Positions 14,201 through 24,580 of a DNA stretch of 35,323 nt are shown piece by piece; position 1 is the first letter of the stretch; every line of letters begins with the position of its first letter. Both the position numbers and the translations under genes were made by a program. The notes below the pieces were generated by a model. The model saw nothing but the letters and a program-made list of their open reading frames with translations. It was not told the DNA's origin and searched no databases. Origin of the DNA: Pelomyxa schiedti. Its lineage: Eukaryota; Protista; Evosea. The DNA lies in NCBI GenBank assembly GCA_020536535.1, contig JAHLWZ010000381.1, forward strand, positions 63,001-98,323. Direction: 5' to 3'.

Positions 14201-15258
14201 TCCTTGCTGCCACACGATACTGCTGTATAACCTTTTTTTTTTGTTGTGCGTGTGGGTCTGAGACCACAGCTACGGCTTCTCACTCAATACATTACCTCCA
14301 GATCTGACGACAAAGCGTCGCCGCTGGCTGCCGATGCTGACATTGTGACTCTGTTTTTTTTTCTTTTTTTTTTTCGCCTTTCTGTTTCCGGTTATGCTAA
14401 ACCTTCGTTTCCAAAAAGATCCAGATTTTACAAAAGAAACATCATTTCGAGATCTAGAAGACACAAAAAAACCCAAAAAACCTACGTGCACCTCACAGCA
14501 TCGCCACTCACACTGAGGAGACAATACGCCTGTGTGTTTGTTGTGAACGAGAGTAAGCATGAGGGAGGAAAGAGAAGAAAAGAGGCACACTTGTTCTCTT
14601 TGTGGGCTGTGCTTGATGGAACAGACGTCGAGAGAGTAGTTTAGGAGTGCATTGCCTCCTCTTGCATTTACATGTGAACGCACAACGGCTAGAGCATCAC
14701 ACAAAAATTGGTGAACGAATGTGCCGAAGTCAGTCTCCCCGAGGGAGAAGGTCTCACGAATCAAGTGAATATTCACATAGCCCAAATAACTGTGATGCTG
14801 TTGTTGAGTCCTGTGTTGGAAGGAAAGTGTACAACAGTACCTCTGCACGTTCATTCCCGGAAGAAAGCTTGTCGGTGATATGATGATTTTTTCACCCATT
14901 GGGTTGGGTGACATATTTTTAGACGTGTCCTATTGGGTATTGTCAAAACCGGCTAGTAGACACCATACTAACCCGTGTGTCAGATATACACATTGCAGTT
15001 ATGCAAAACTGCACTTCAAAATCATTAACAATAGTTGCTGTTGTGTTAGTCCGGTAGATACAACATGGACTCACGGGTCTAACCTGGTAGTCATTGCTTA
15101 GTAGGCTCAATTCACGCAAAGGCATACCATTTCAGCCAAAGCAAAAAACATTTCGCGGAAAGCGGAATTGAATAATTTTGTAACCGGCTGTTTGCCAGAG
15201 TTGAATCTCACTCTCTGAACCATAGTAACAAGTTGCTGCGCGTGACCACTGCTAGAGT

Positions 15259-17250
15259 CTATTCCAGGTAGACTCTGGTGAGGGTTGGAAAAAGATGAGG
15301 AAAAAAAGGGGGTGGTCTCACATTGGTTGTGCACAGGCAAACACCAGGGTAAACTCCAATATTGTCCGTGAACGAATCAATAAAATAGGGCTCCATTTCG
15401 TTATCAATCTGCGTTTCTATTAGGTCTGTTTGGGAAAGCCAAGCTAGTACCTCAACAAAAAAGCCATCATGGGCAGCAACTTTGTCAGGTGGTGGTGATT
15501 GTGGGCTCGCTCTAAGGGAAGCTGAGTTGTTGCAACACCACCAAAAACAGTGGGAAAAATACATAGGGAATACTGAAGGCAAACTCACTTGAACGGATTC
15601 CACCACAGTTGAGTTTGTGGGACAGGCAGGTGCTACAGATTGTGCTTGATCACAAATAAGGTTTCGTCTGGGAGTGTCTTGGGAGGTGGTTGTGACTTTG
15701 TGTCTCTTTGGTGAGATACAAGCAGGGTTAATGGGAGTTTCTTCGACACTCTGCTTTGTTGGCTTTTTATGTGACACTTGCTCAGCATTCAAGGCAGCTG
15801 TTTTTGGTGTGGAGGGACGCGGAGTTGCATTTGGTGTTACTCTTTTTGGGGATATGGGCACCTCGGCATTATGTTGTAGCTTTAGTTCATTTGTGTGAAA
15901 TTGGTCTTCTGTGATTGTACTATCTTGCGGAACTGTTTGTGTGAAATGGTGTTTTTTCGATGGCTTCCTCTGTCCCACATCGATCGAGGAATCAGGCATT
16001 TTCCCCGCCTTCGGTTTTTTGGTGACAATCTTCTCTCCTTCGTCATGTTGTTCAGACTGGTGGAAATGGGAAGATAGGGGCTCAAGCAAGGAAGTAATGT
16101 TGTTTTCAGAGTCATTTATCCCTTTCTTGTATTTACGGTGAGATTTCGTGTCACTGAAAGCCAAAGGTTCTTCAATTCTGTCTTCAACTAACTTCTTGAC
16201 AACGTCAGAGCTCTTGGCAATATCTCGCTCACAATTGTCATGGTCTCTTCGAGGGGAAGTGGTGCCACTCCCAGGTGGCTCCTGTGATGTTGCACTTTTG
16301 ACTTTTGGTGAGTGAATGTGTGTTTGTTTCGTGATTCCATGACTAGATTGTGTTGAAGGGTGTTCGAAATCTAGACTCGGAAATTCCTCTCCATCGTGTT
16401 TGTGCTTCACTGGTTCAGATCCCTGTGTCTCAAGTTCAGTTCTGTCTCTTCTGTTATCTTCAGTGCGGATTTTTATCTTAACTCTTTCGATTTCTTCTGC
16501 ACTATCTTTATTCAGTTTATTTTTTTCTTCTAAGTCTTCACCATCTTTGTGTTTTCTCCCTTTTCCTCGATCATTATGGGTACCTCCATCTAAATCGTCC
16601 ACATCCTTTTCTTTGTGGTGCTTTTTCTCTTTTTCTCTTTTTTTCTTTTCTCGGTGATCTGGTGCTAGGGGTTCTTCTCGCTGGTCTCTTCCCTCTTCTC
16701 TCCTACCCTCTACTTGTTCAAGACTTTGTGTCTTATACCTCAGTAGTTTATCATGCTTTTTTATGCCTATCTCTTGGGCGTCATATGTAGCAGAGGCATC
16801 ACTTAAATATTGCTCGAAGTTTAATTTCACCTTGCCTTCAGTGACAGGCTTCACAGAATTTTGATCAGGTGACAATGGAACCACAGATGGTGGCAGTGAT
16901 GGTGAATGCCTGGAGCTTGGTAACTTAGAAGAATGCTTAATTTTGTCTGGAAGGCAGGGTAAAGGTCCTGGTGAAAGAGGTTCTTCAACTTGACCTTTCT
17001 CCGGCTTGTGCCTTTTCTCCTTTCCAGGCAAATCTACTAATATGGGGTTGATAGTTGCCCTAGGTGTAATGGTGTCAGATTTCAGTGTCCTACTTTGAGC
17101 CCTTTTTTCAGAAGGCGAATCTGGCTGGAGAGATACTAATTGAAGTGGGGTATGTGGAGACTTGCTCAAGTACTCTACAGAAGTAGCCTGTGGTGCAGGT
17201 GGTAGCGAGAGAGATGGAAGGTTTTTTTTTCTGGATGACTTCTTGGACAT
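15259..17250 (-). CDS. Hypothetical highly charged (K/E/R/D/S-rich) low-complexity protein, 663-aa ORF. The 3' end may be spliced
   Basis: A single 1,992-nt open frame lies on the minus strand in an intron-dense genome. It has basic/acidic tracts (REKKKREKEKKHHKEKD) and many S/T-P sites. No recognisable domain was found. The C-terminal approximately 90 aa are Cys/Trp-rich and may be read through into intron or UTR. Confidence 0.45.
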   Translation of the reverse strand: MSKKSSRKKNLPSLSLPPAPQATSVEYLSKSPHTPLQLVSLQPDSPSEKRAQSRTLKSDTITPRATINPILVDLPGKEKRHKPEKGQVEEPLSPGPLPCLPDKIKHSSKLPSSRHSPSLPPSVVPLSPDQNSVKPVTEGKVKLNFEQYLSDASATYDAQEIGIKKHDKLLRYKTQSLEQVEGRREEGRDQREEPLAPDHREKKKREKEKKHHKEKDVDDLDGGTHNDRGKGRKHKDGEDLEEKNKLNKDSAEEIERVKIKIRTEDNRRDRTELETQGSEPVKHKHDGEEFPSLDFEHPSTQSSHGITKQTHIHSPKVKSATSQEPPGSGTTSPRRDHDNCERDIAKSSDVVKKLVEDRIEEPLAFSDTKSHRKYKKGINDSENNITSLLEPLSSHFHQSEQHDEGEKIVTKKPKAGKMPDSSIDVGQRKPSKKHHFTQTVPQDSTITEDQFHTNELKLQHNAEVPISPKRVTPNATPRPSTPKTAALNAEQVSHKKPTKQSVEETPINPACISPKRHKVTTTSQDTPRRNLICDQAQSVAPACPTNSTVVESVQVSLPSVFPMYFSHCFWWCCNNSASLRASPQSPPPDKVAAHDGFFVEVLAWLSQTDLIETQIDNEMEPYFIDSFTDNIGVYPGVCLCTTNVRPPPFFPHLFPTLTRVYLE

Positions 17251-17655
17251 GATGGGAGAGGATGGAGGATTAGGGCTTGGCGCGGAGATTATTTTTGGAG
17301 GTATTTGATATAATTCTCTTTGTCTTGCAACAAGCTTCGATAGGAAGCCAATCTGGGAAGGATTCAGTGTTAGAAGGAAATTACATTAAAGTGTGCAGTG
17401 TGGTGCACACAGTACAGAGTGGATCGACATATTTTCAATCTCCCGAAGCTTTGAAAAAACGTCGCACTCTTTACTTGAACAGCGCAGTATGAGGGGTCCA
17501 GGAATAGGAAGAGCAACCAGACATACCTATCTCCATAGTAAATAAAAAGAATTTGGTTCTTCCTATACAGCTGTGCCGGAAGCTACACCAGTTAACATAT
17601 TACTGCCAATACTGATGTCTATCTGCAATCGGAAAACAGCATTCATTCCCTATGT

Positions 17656-19912
17656 CTATTGAGGAAAAGAAAATATGATAGTATGAAAGGTATAAAAAAA
17701 AAGGAAGGTGTAAAATAGTAATGTAAAAGGGCCATAGATACATAAAAATGCAGTTTGTGTACTATCTGTTTGTGCAAGTCGTATTCCAGGAAAGGCAAAT
17801 CTTCTCTCATATCCACAGTGCTTTGGTCCCCCTACCAAAAAAGGAAGTGTTATGAACTGTTGAATGTAATTAATAGTTAGGTACCTCGGCTTTTCTTTTC
17901 TCTCTACAAATTTTAGCCTCCAGAAATTTCCCTGTTCCCACAATTGGAGTCTAATATCTCGTTGGCAAATGAGACGAATATAAAGTAATCGAACTTGTGA
18001 GGGCAATTCCGTTGTAGAGAGAATTATCTCAGGAACGCGTTTCTGCTGACAAATACCACATTTTGAAGTTAGTGGCGCAGCGAGCAGTTCTTCATGTGGT
18101 ATATGCCACAAGCTACAACTCTTTTTATGAATGTGTTGTTCTGCATTTGGTCGTTTGACCATAACAACAGCAGTACCAATAGCGGATATGACACAGATCT
18201 CTGTCATTCTACGTTACAATCAAGGTGTTGGTTATAAAGCAAACCTTCTTCTTCATGAATTACGACTGATTCCCTGTATCCAATAACATGCGTACAATGC
18301 AGAGCGCGGGCATGGCTCCTTATCTCCTCTCTTGCTTCCCCCCACCACCTGTCTCGTGTGAAAGTATACTTCTCCTTTTTGAACATCTTTACTAATCGGG
18401 CCTGAAAAGATACATCAGAATGGAACGAATGGAGATATGATAAGTAACAAGTATACTCAACTGCAACAACACCACCATAATGTCGAATCGCCCCTGGCTC
18501 GAAATCAACAAGTGTGAGTAATGGAATGGTTCCACTGGGAACATCAACATGTCCCACGCCACTTTCGGGAGTGGTTTGGTTTGGGGCACCCCTGAGGGAG
18601 TTTCCTGGAAGAGAGCTTGGAGGTGCTGAAGTGTAAATTGAGGAACTCTGTTCTGGCTGCACAATTTCAGTTTGCGCAATTACATTGCTTGCAGGAGAAA
18701 TAGGTAGAGATGAGGAGCAACTAATTGCCGGGGTAGCAATACTGGTATTCGTACCGAGTGATAGACCGGCACTAACGTTGTTCATTGAAGAGGGAGAACG
18801 GGCTTTGCTGTCCAGGTCGAACAAATAATTCACTGACTTAACTATTGCTGCTGTTCCATATCCACGTGCTACTATGTATACTTCTCGTTCCAAGTCGATG
18901 TGTTGGTGATACCCCAGCACTGCATTCCCTCCAAGACTTGATACCTTGAGACCTATTTGCCGACGAAGGCGGCTTTTCACAATGGGGATAATTAGAATAA
19001 CACATGTGAAGAGTCTGTAACAGCAAAAAAAGGAATATTGAGACTCACCCAGAAAGGCGAATCAAGAGGAGTTGGCGGGCCTCATTAGAGGTACGCGATG
19101 TTCGAAATGTGTCAGCCCAATAATGTTCAGGGTCGTCTTCCACAAGCAATTCATCAACTAGTCCTATGACAGATGTAACCTTCATACATTTTGGGTCTGG
19201 TAAACTACCTGCAGTGTTTTACAGTATGTATTACTAGAAAGAGAAGGTGTGGGGAAATGTACAGGCAAAAAATCTAACACTGGTGGATGTATCAGAAAAG
19301 GGGTTTGTGTTTCTAATCACATTCAATTTCGCCTCTACCTGCAATTCCCCTCTCACACCTGGAGTTGGAAGTTAGCACTATTTAAATAAAAATAGCTAGC
19401 TCTGAACCTCTGAGAGTATCATATATTGGGAACCACCCACCCAGTCGTTTTGGAAGGGGGACCAAAAGAGGTGTGAGGTCCAAGTAAACAGTACCAATAA
19501 CATCATTGGCACTAACAACGTCCCTATCCCAAACCCTTTTTCGTTTATCAGTATTGAATTGTGCAATATCTTGGGCTGTATGCCATAATCCAAAGTAACA
19601 ACAAAGGATAAAGAAAAAAAAAAAAAAAAAAAAAAAATACCGCAATTCCGCGGGTTGGTCGAGTAACACGGCGTCGTTTGCTACCTCGAATTTGAAGTTC
19701 GAATTCCACTGGGGATCTAGGGTTTCAAACTGTGGGTGCGTGCGCCGTGGGGTGGCGTCGTTGAACTTGATCTCCACAAACGCGTCTGCGTTAAGTGTGC
19801 GGGCATCCATCACCGGCAGGTTGCGTGCAGAAACAACCACCAGCTTGAGAGTGAAAGGCATCCCAGCTTGATCACAATTTGTTTTGTAGAATGCTTTTTT
19901 CGCCTTTTTCAC
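17656..19912 (-). CDS. C2-domain protein with two YbjQ/DUF74 (UPF0145)-like domains. Multi-exon, 3' boundary uncertain
   Basis: Exon 1 (19912..~19647) encodes (M)PFTLKLVVVSARNLPVMDARTLNADAFVEIKFNDATPRRTHPQFETLDPQWNSNFKFEV..DQPAELR. An intron containing an A28 tract follows. Exon 2 (about 19590..19400) encodes QDIAQFNTDKRKRVWDRDVVSANDVIGTVYLDLTPLL, which completes the C2 domain. YbjQ-like domain 1 reads KVTSVIGLVDELLVEDDPEHYW...(donor GG|GTGAGT)...RRQIGLKVSSLGGNAVLGYHQHIDLEREVYIVARGYGTAAIVK (about 19160-18860). YbjQ-like domain 2 reads CTHVIGYRESVVIHEEEGLLYNQHLDCNV / ICVISAIGTAVVMVKRP (about 18330-18150). There is a frame break at about 18204. Confidence 0.55.
19609..19637. repeat. Homopolymer A tract of about 28 nt, (T)n on the coding strand, inside intron 1 of the C2-YbjQ gene
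   Basis: It is read directly. Similar tracts occur at 5161..5180 (T19), 23045..23062 (A16-18, Hsp104 intron 1), 14222..14232 and 14347..14372. Confidence 0.8.
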
Positions 19913-20056
19913 AACCCTTGACAGGGGAGCAGGCAGTTAATTTTCTTGCTAGAAAGAGGCCGCAGAGAAAACGAACAGCAGCACAAACGGAAAGCTTCAC
20001 TCAAAATCACAAAATTTTTCTTTTAAATAACAACAACATAAGAGCTGTGAGCCACA

Positions 20057-23000
20057 TCATGACATTTCATCAGCTTCAGCAGTAGCAGTTGAAGGCGTAA
20101 TAACCACAGAGAAATTCAGCTTTGAATTGACCACAGTGATGCTGACAGTAGACCTTTCTCGTAACTGCCCGCCAATGATCATCTTTGACACCTCTGTGAT
20201 GATGTGCTTCTCCAGGAACCTTCCAATTGGTCGGGCTCCAAACTGAGGTTCGTAGGCCTGCTCGATCACGAATCTCTTCGCGTCGTCTCCCATAACTAGC
20301 TTGATGTTCTGGTTCTCCAGCCTCTGCGAAATTCGTGTGACCATCAGCCCGACGATTTTCACCAAATCAGCTTGGGTCAGAGGGTTGAAAATCACAATGT
20401 TATCCAAGCGGTTCAGGAATTCTGCATACGTATTGGTAAGTACCGGTTTCTTTCTATTATAATAATAATAGTAATTGCTAGAGTGCGGACATACCGGGAC
20501 GGAACTGTTTTCGTACAAGAGTCATTACTTTCTCTTGAACTCCGACCAGCATTGTTCCATCCGGCCTGATGTTACTTAAGAGGAGGTCGGATCCAATATT
20601 CGAGGTCATGATGATAATGGTATTGCTGAAATCAACAGTTCTGCCGTGGCCATCAGTGAGACGTCCATCATCAAGAACTGGGCAATGTTAGCTGTGGATA
20701 CAAGAAAAGAGGCACTTCGCACCTTGAAGAAGCACATTCCAAACCTGCGTATGTGCCTTTTCAATCTCATCGAAGAGGACCACTGAGTAAGGCCTCCTTC
20801 TTACAGCTTCTGTGAGCTGGCCACCTTCTTCAAATCCAACATAACCTGGAGGAGACCCAATCAACCTTGCGACACTATGCTGTTCCATGTACTATTGCAT
20901 GATATCAGTGAAATTCCTTCATTAGCTTAGTTACACACCTCAGACATATCTATCCTAATCATATGTTTCTCATCATCGAAAAGTTCGTATGCCAGTGCTT
21001 TTGCCAGCTCTGTTTTCCCAACACCGGAGGGACCCAGAAACTAATGACTTGTTAGAAGATATGAAGTTATCCACTAATCTTACCATGAAGCTTCCTGTTG
21101 GTTTACCCACATTGCCAAGTCCAGCACGGGATCGGAGTACTGCTTCAGACACTGCGTCAACGGCTTCATTTTGTCCAACAACTCTTTTATGTAGTTGGTC
21201 TGAGAGTTGTAGCAAGCGTTCACGTTCTGTTTGGCTCAGTTTGGTCACAGGTATTCCAGTCCATCTGCTAACTACTTCAGCGATTTGCTCTGGTCCAACT
21301 ACTTCGGTGAGCATTCTATCCTTTTCAGTACGTTGAAGTTCTTCCGTGAGCTGTGAAAACATGTTAGATTTACCTTATTAGTGTCATATTAGATACCATT
21401 ACAACGCGCCTCTCGAGCTCTGGGATAGCCCCATACTGCAAGTCTGCAACCAAAGCTAGGTCTCCTCTTCTCTTTGCAGACTCCATTTTGTTTTTCAGTA
21501 CTTCAGCTTTCTGTTTCAACTCATTTATCTCCATAACCCTTGCTTTTTCTGCCTCATGTCTGGCCTTAAGCGGCATCAATTCTTCTCTGATCTTAGCCAG
21601 CTCTTCCCGGACTTTCTCTAGTCGTTGTTTACTTCCCACATCTTTCTCCTTCTCCAAAGCTGTGGCCTCAATTTCTAGTTGAAGTTGCTTCCTCTCCAAT
21701 TGGTCAATAACTTCTGGCTGGCTGTCCAACTGCACTCTTACACTGGCAGCTGCTTCATCAATCAAGTCGATGGCCTTGTCTGGGAGGAAACGATTTGTGA
21801 TATATCTTTGGGCCAGCTGTGCAGCAACAACAAGGGCACTATCCAGCAATCTTACACCATGATGAGTCTCGTATCGCTCTTTCAATCCACGTAGAATGCT
21901 GATTGTATCAGGGATGCTTGGCTCACCCACATAGACTTGTTGGAATCTTCTTTCGAAGGCTGCATCTTTCTCAACATGTTTGCGATATTCGTCCAGAGTC
22001 GTAGCACCAATGCAACGTAGTTCCCCTCTGGCACTGAAGAAAAAGTGAATTATTTATATGGAGAAACAGAGAAAAATGATGTGCATACAGCATGGGTTTG
22101 AGCAAGTTGGCGGCGTCCATGGAACCTTCTGCTTTTCCTGCACCCAAAACGAGGTGAATCTCATCAATGAACAAAATAATCCCAGTCTTGGACTCTGCTA
22201 TTTCCTTTAACACTGCCTTGAGTCTCTCTTCAAACTCTCCACGGTATTTTGCGCCAGCAACAAGTGCACCCTTTTTTAACCAAGGTTACGATAAGAAGGA
22301 AAAGAAAAGCTAAATACCATATCCAGGGCAATCACTTTGCAGTGTAGATCAGTAGGTATATCGCCGCGTACAATTCTTTGAGCCAGACCTTCCACGATTG
22401 CAGTCTTTCCTACACCAGGCTCACCAATAAGGACTGGATTATTCTTTGTCCTCCTGTTGAAGAAAAGGTTAAGCTGAAAACTGCAGGATTTTGTCAGGGG
22501 AGCCGTACCTTGCCAATATGCGAATGACACGTCTTATTTCATCATCTCTGCCGATCACAGGGTCCAGTTTTCCCTGTTCTGCCATAGCAACCAAATCGTG
22601 ACCATATTTTTCCAGAGCATTGTATGAGTCCTCTGGGTTTTGGCCATCAATTTTCCGTGTTCCTCGAGTCTGTGTGATCACTTTCTCCATCTGGTATTTT
22701 GACACTCCTGCGTCGCGCATAGCACCTCCAACGTCCTTGTTCTCGTAAAGAGCCACTGTATTTCCAAACGTGAGCGTTGGTTATGTGGTCATTTATATCT
22801 ACATATAAACAAACAACAAAACAAAAAAAGCAAAATGACACATACTCAAGAGGTGATCCACTGCCACGTGACTATCCTTTTGTCTAGTTTGAAGCTCCAA
22901 TGCCGCTCTCAGCACCGCCATCATCGGTCCCCCAGGTGACATCACTGAAGGTGGTGGATCCTGCCTTGGTTGTTTTTCCTATTTAAAGGAATCAGTGCAG

Positions 23001-23300
23001 ATATACACCAAAATGCCACGACATCTTTGACACATGACATCTTAACCAAAAAAAAAAAAAAACTCCATGACACGACCGACATCTACAAATACTTACCACT
23101 AGCCTCTTGATCACAGGGAGCAGGACGGCCGCGTCGCCGCCGGCTTTGGAGAACACCTGGCGCGCCAGGCCCGCCTCGTCCGAAAACAGAGCGAGGGCCA
23201 CGTGGGACGGGTGCAGCTCGGGGGCACTGTGCTCCAGCGCCATGCGCTGCGCCTTGCTGAGCGCCTCCGCGGCCTTGTCCGTGAACTGTGCGTTGTCCAT
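20057..23300 (-). CDS. Hsp104/Hsp101/ClpB-type AAA+ disaggregase, cytosolic type with no transit peptide, at least 11 exons. Resolved exons include 23300..23097, about 22977..22819, about 22756..22509, about 22454..22319, and a terminal exon about 20460..20057 (stop TGA at 20059..20057)
   Basis: Near-continuous similarity to Hsp101/ClpB. The N-domain reads [42 protein letters not shown]1 has [61 protein letters not shown] and [31 protein letters not shown]. The middle coiled-coil domain follows. NBD2 has [78 protein letters not shown] and [13 protein letters not shown]. Donors include GTAAGT, GTATGT and GTACGG. Confidence 0.9.
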
Positions 23301-23587
23301 TGCGTGTCCAACTTGGATGTTGTGTTTTGATTGGTTGTTTATTACAAAGGTTTTTTTTTTGTCTGTGTTTTCTTTCTTTTCGTGTTTAAAAAGGTACCTT
23401 TGGAGATTCCGGCCAGATGCCGATGGAAGATGAAAGAAATACGAGTGGAATTTCACAGACTGCAACAGCACGACTGGCTGCCAAAACAAAGAAAAAGTAC
23501 AACAGTGTTATGGTGGATTTTTGTACTCGTTGTCAGTAAGGGTTGGTGTTTTATGCTTCCAAAATCAAATAAGTATTGTTCAAGTGA

Positions 23588-24333
23588 CTAACTGCACAAG
23601 AGGTTCTTGAACTCCTCGAAGGTGAGAACACCATCACCATCAATGTCAGCGTCATTGAAGAGGTCCATGGCCGCTTCGTCTTCAAGGTGTTGTCCAAGGA
23701 ATGTGATGACCTGAGCGTGTGTGTTGATGGTTTTGTGATGTCAGAGAGGACAAGGCAAGGAGATTGGGGCAACCCGTTTCACCTTTTTGAATTCCTCCGC
23801 ATCGATTGTCCTGCTTCCATCCTTGTCAAAGAACTGTGTAGTAAATGGCACCAGAAAGGTTAAAAAAATAAAAAAAAAAAGTGAGTGTGTTGTTGTGATA
23901 TGGTGATATGATGAGGGAAGTGAAGGGGAAGACTAGCCGCACGCACATCAAAGGCCTGCTTGATGGCCAGCTCAGTGTTGGTGTTTGAAATTTTGTCCCT
24001 CATCACGTTGATGAAACTCTCATATGTCAGTTTCCCTTTTTCTGTGACTGAGTTAGTGTTGTAATGCAGTGTCATCTCTCGAACAACCATCCAGCATCGC
24101 TCTGATGTCCCTCGACGACGGGTCCTGTGCTTTTGTTTGTTTTTTTTGATTCAGTCAGGGGTTGACGTGGCATGAATTTGTATGCCACACAAAAGGTACA
24201 CACCAAAGGAGCGCATCAGCTTTGTGAGCTCCTCGGCATCGAGCCTGTCGTCCCCATCCTCGTCAAACAAATCAAATGCCTCTGTGAGCTCCTCGAGTTG
24301 TTCAGCCAGCACCTCGTCTTTCGTTGACGTCAT
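23588..24333 (-). CDS. Calmodulin-like / caltractin-like EF-hand Ca2+-binding protein, 4 exons (about 24333..24205, about 24090..23950, about 23826..23785, about 23720..23588)
   Basis: Exon 1 is MTSTKDEVLAEQLEELTEAFDLFDEDGDDRLDAEELTKLMRS, an EF-hand loop DEDGDDRLDAEE, with donor GTGTGT. Exon 2 is ...EKGKLTYESFINVMRDKISNTNTELAIKQAFD. Exon 3 is FDKDGSRTIDAEEFKK, an EF loop, with donor GTGAAA. Exon 4 is HAQVITFLGQHLEDEAAMDLFNDADIDGDGVLTFEEFKNLLCS*, an EF loop DIDGDGVLTFEE. Confidence 0.75.
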
Positions 24334-24580
24334 TGTTGTCAGCAGCTGCTGTTAGGGTTGGTGGTCTGTTTACTACCGGCGAATCTGGGGCCTGGGACTT
24401 TTTTTTACCAGAGCTTGTCCGTTTGCACCAAACGAGGGAAAAAAACACAACCACACGCCGGGTTCGTTTTGGGGGTGATGTTGTGTCAAAAGTGGAACCT
24501 TTACTGTTTCTCGGTAGTGCAACGGACACACGTTTAAGAGACCAAAAGAAAGCAAAACCCAACAAAAAAAAAACAGCCGT
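24334..24580. promoter_or_regulatory. 247-bp divergent intergenic region between the calmodulin-like gene (minus, ATG at 24333) and the giant NACHT gene (plus, ATG at 24581). It is presumed to hold a bidirectional promoter and 5' UTRs
   Basis: This follows from the positions of the two start codons. The region has an A-rich tract immediately upstream of the + ATG (aacaaaaaaaaaacagccgtATG) and a T-run at about 24400. No specific motif is claimed. Confidence 0.4.

Noticed and set aside
14246-14914. Overlapping ORFs of 132 aa (+) and 214 aa (−) between the ArfGAP gene and the charged-protein gene
   Set aside because: They have no domain signal and T-rich homopolymers inside. They sit where the 5' flank and promoter of the ArfGAP gene and the 3' flank of the neighbouring gene are expected. 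I regard them as intergenic.
23301-23587. Heat-shock elements (nGAAnnTTCn triplets) expected upstream of the Hsp104 start at 23300
   Set aside because: Only imperfect or mis-spaced GAA/TTC pairs were found, for example GGAATTTC with a 1-nt spacer and GATTCCGG. There is no convincing three-unit HSE, so no regulatory site is claimed.
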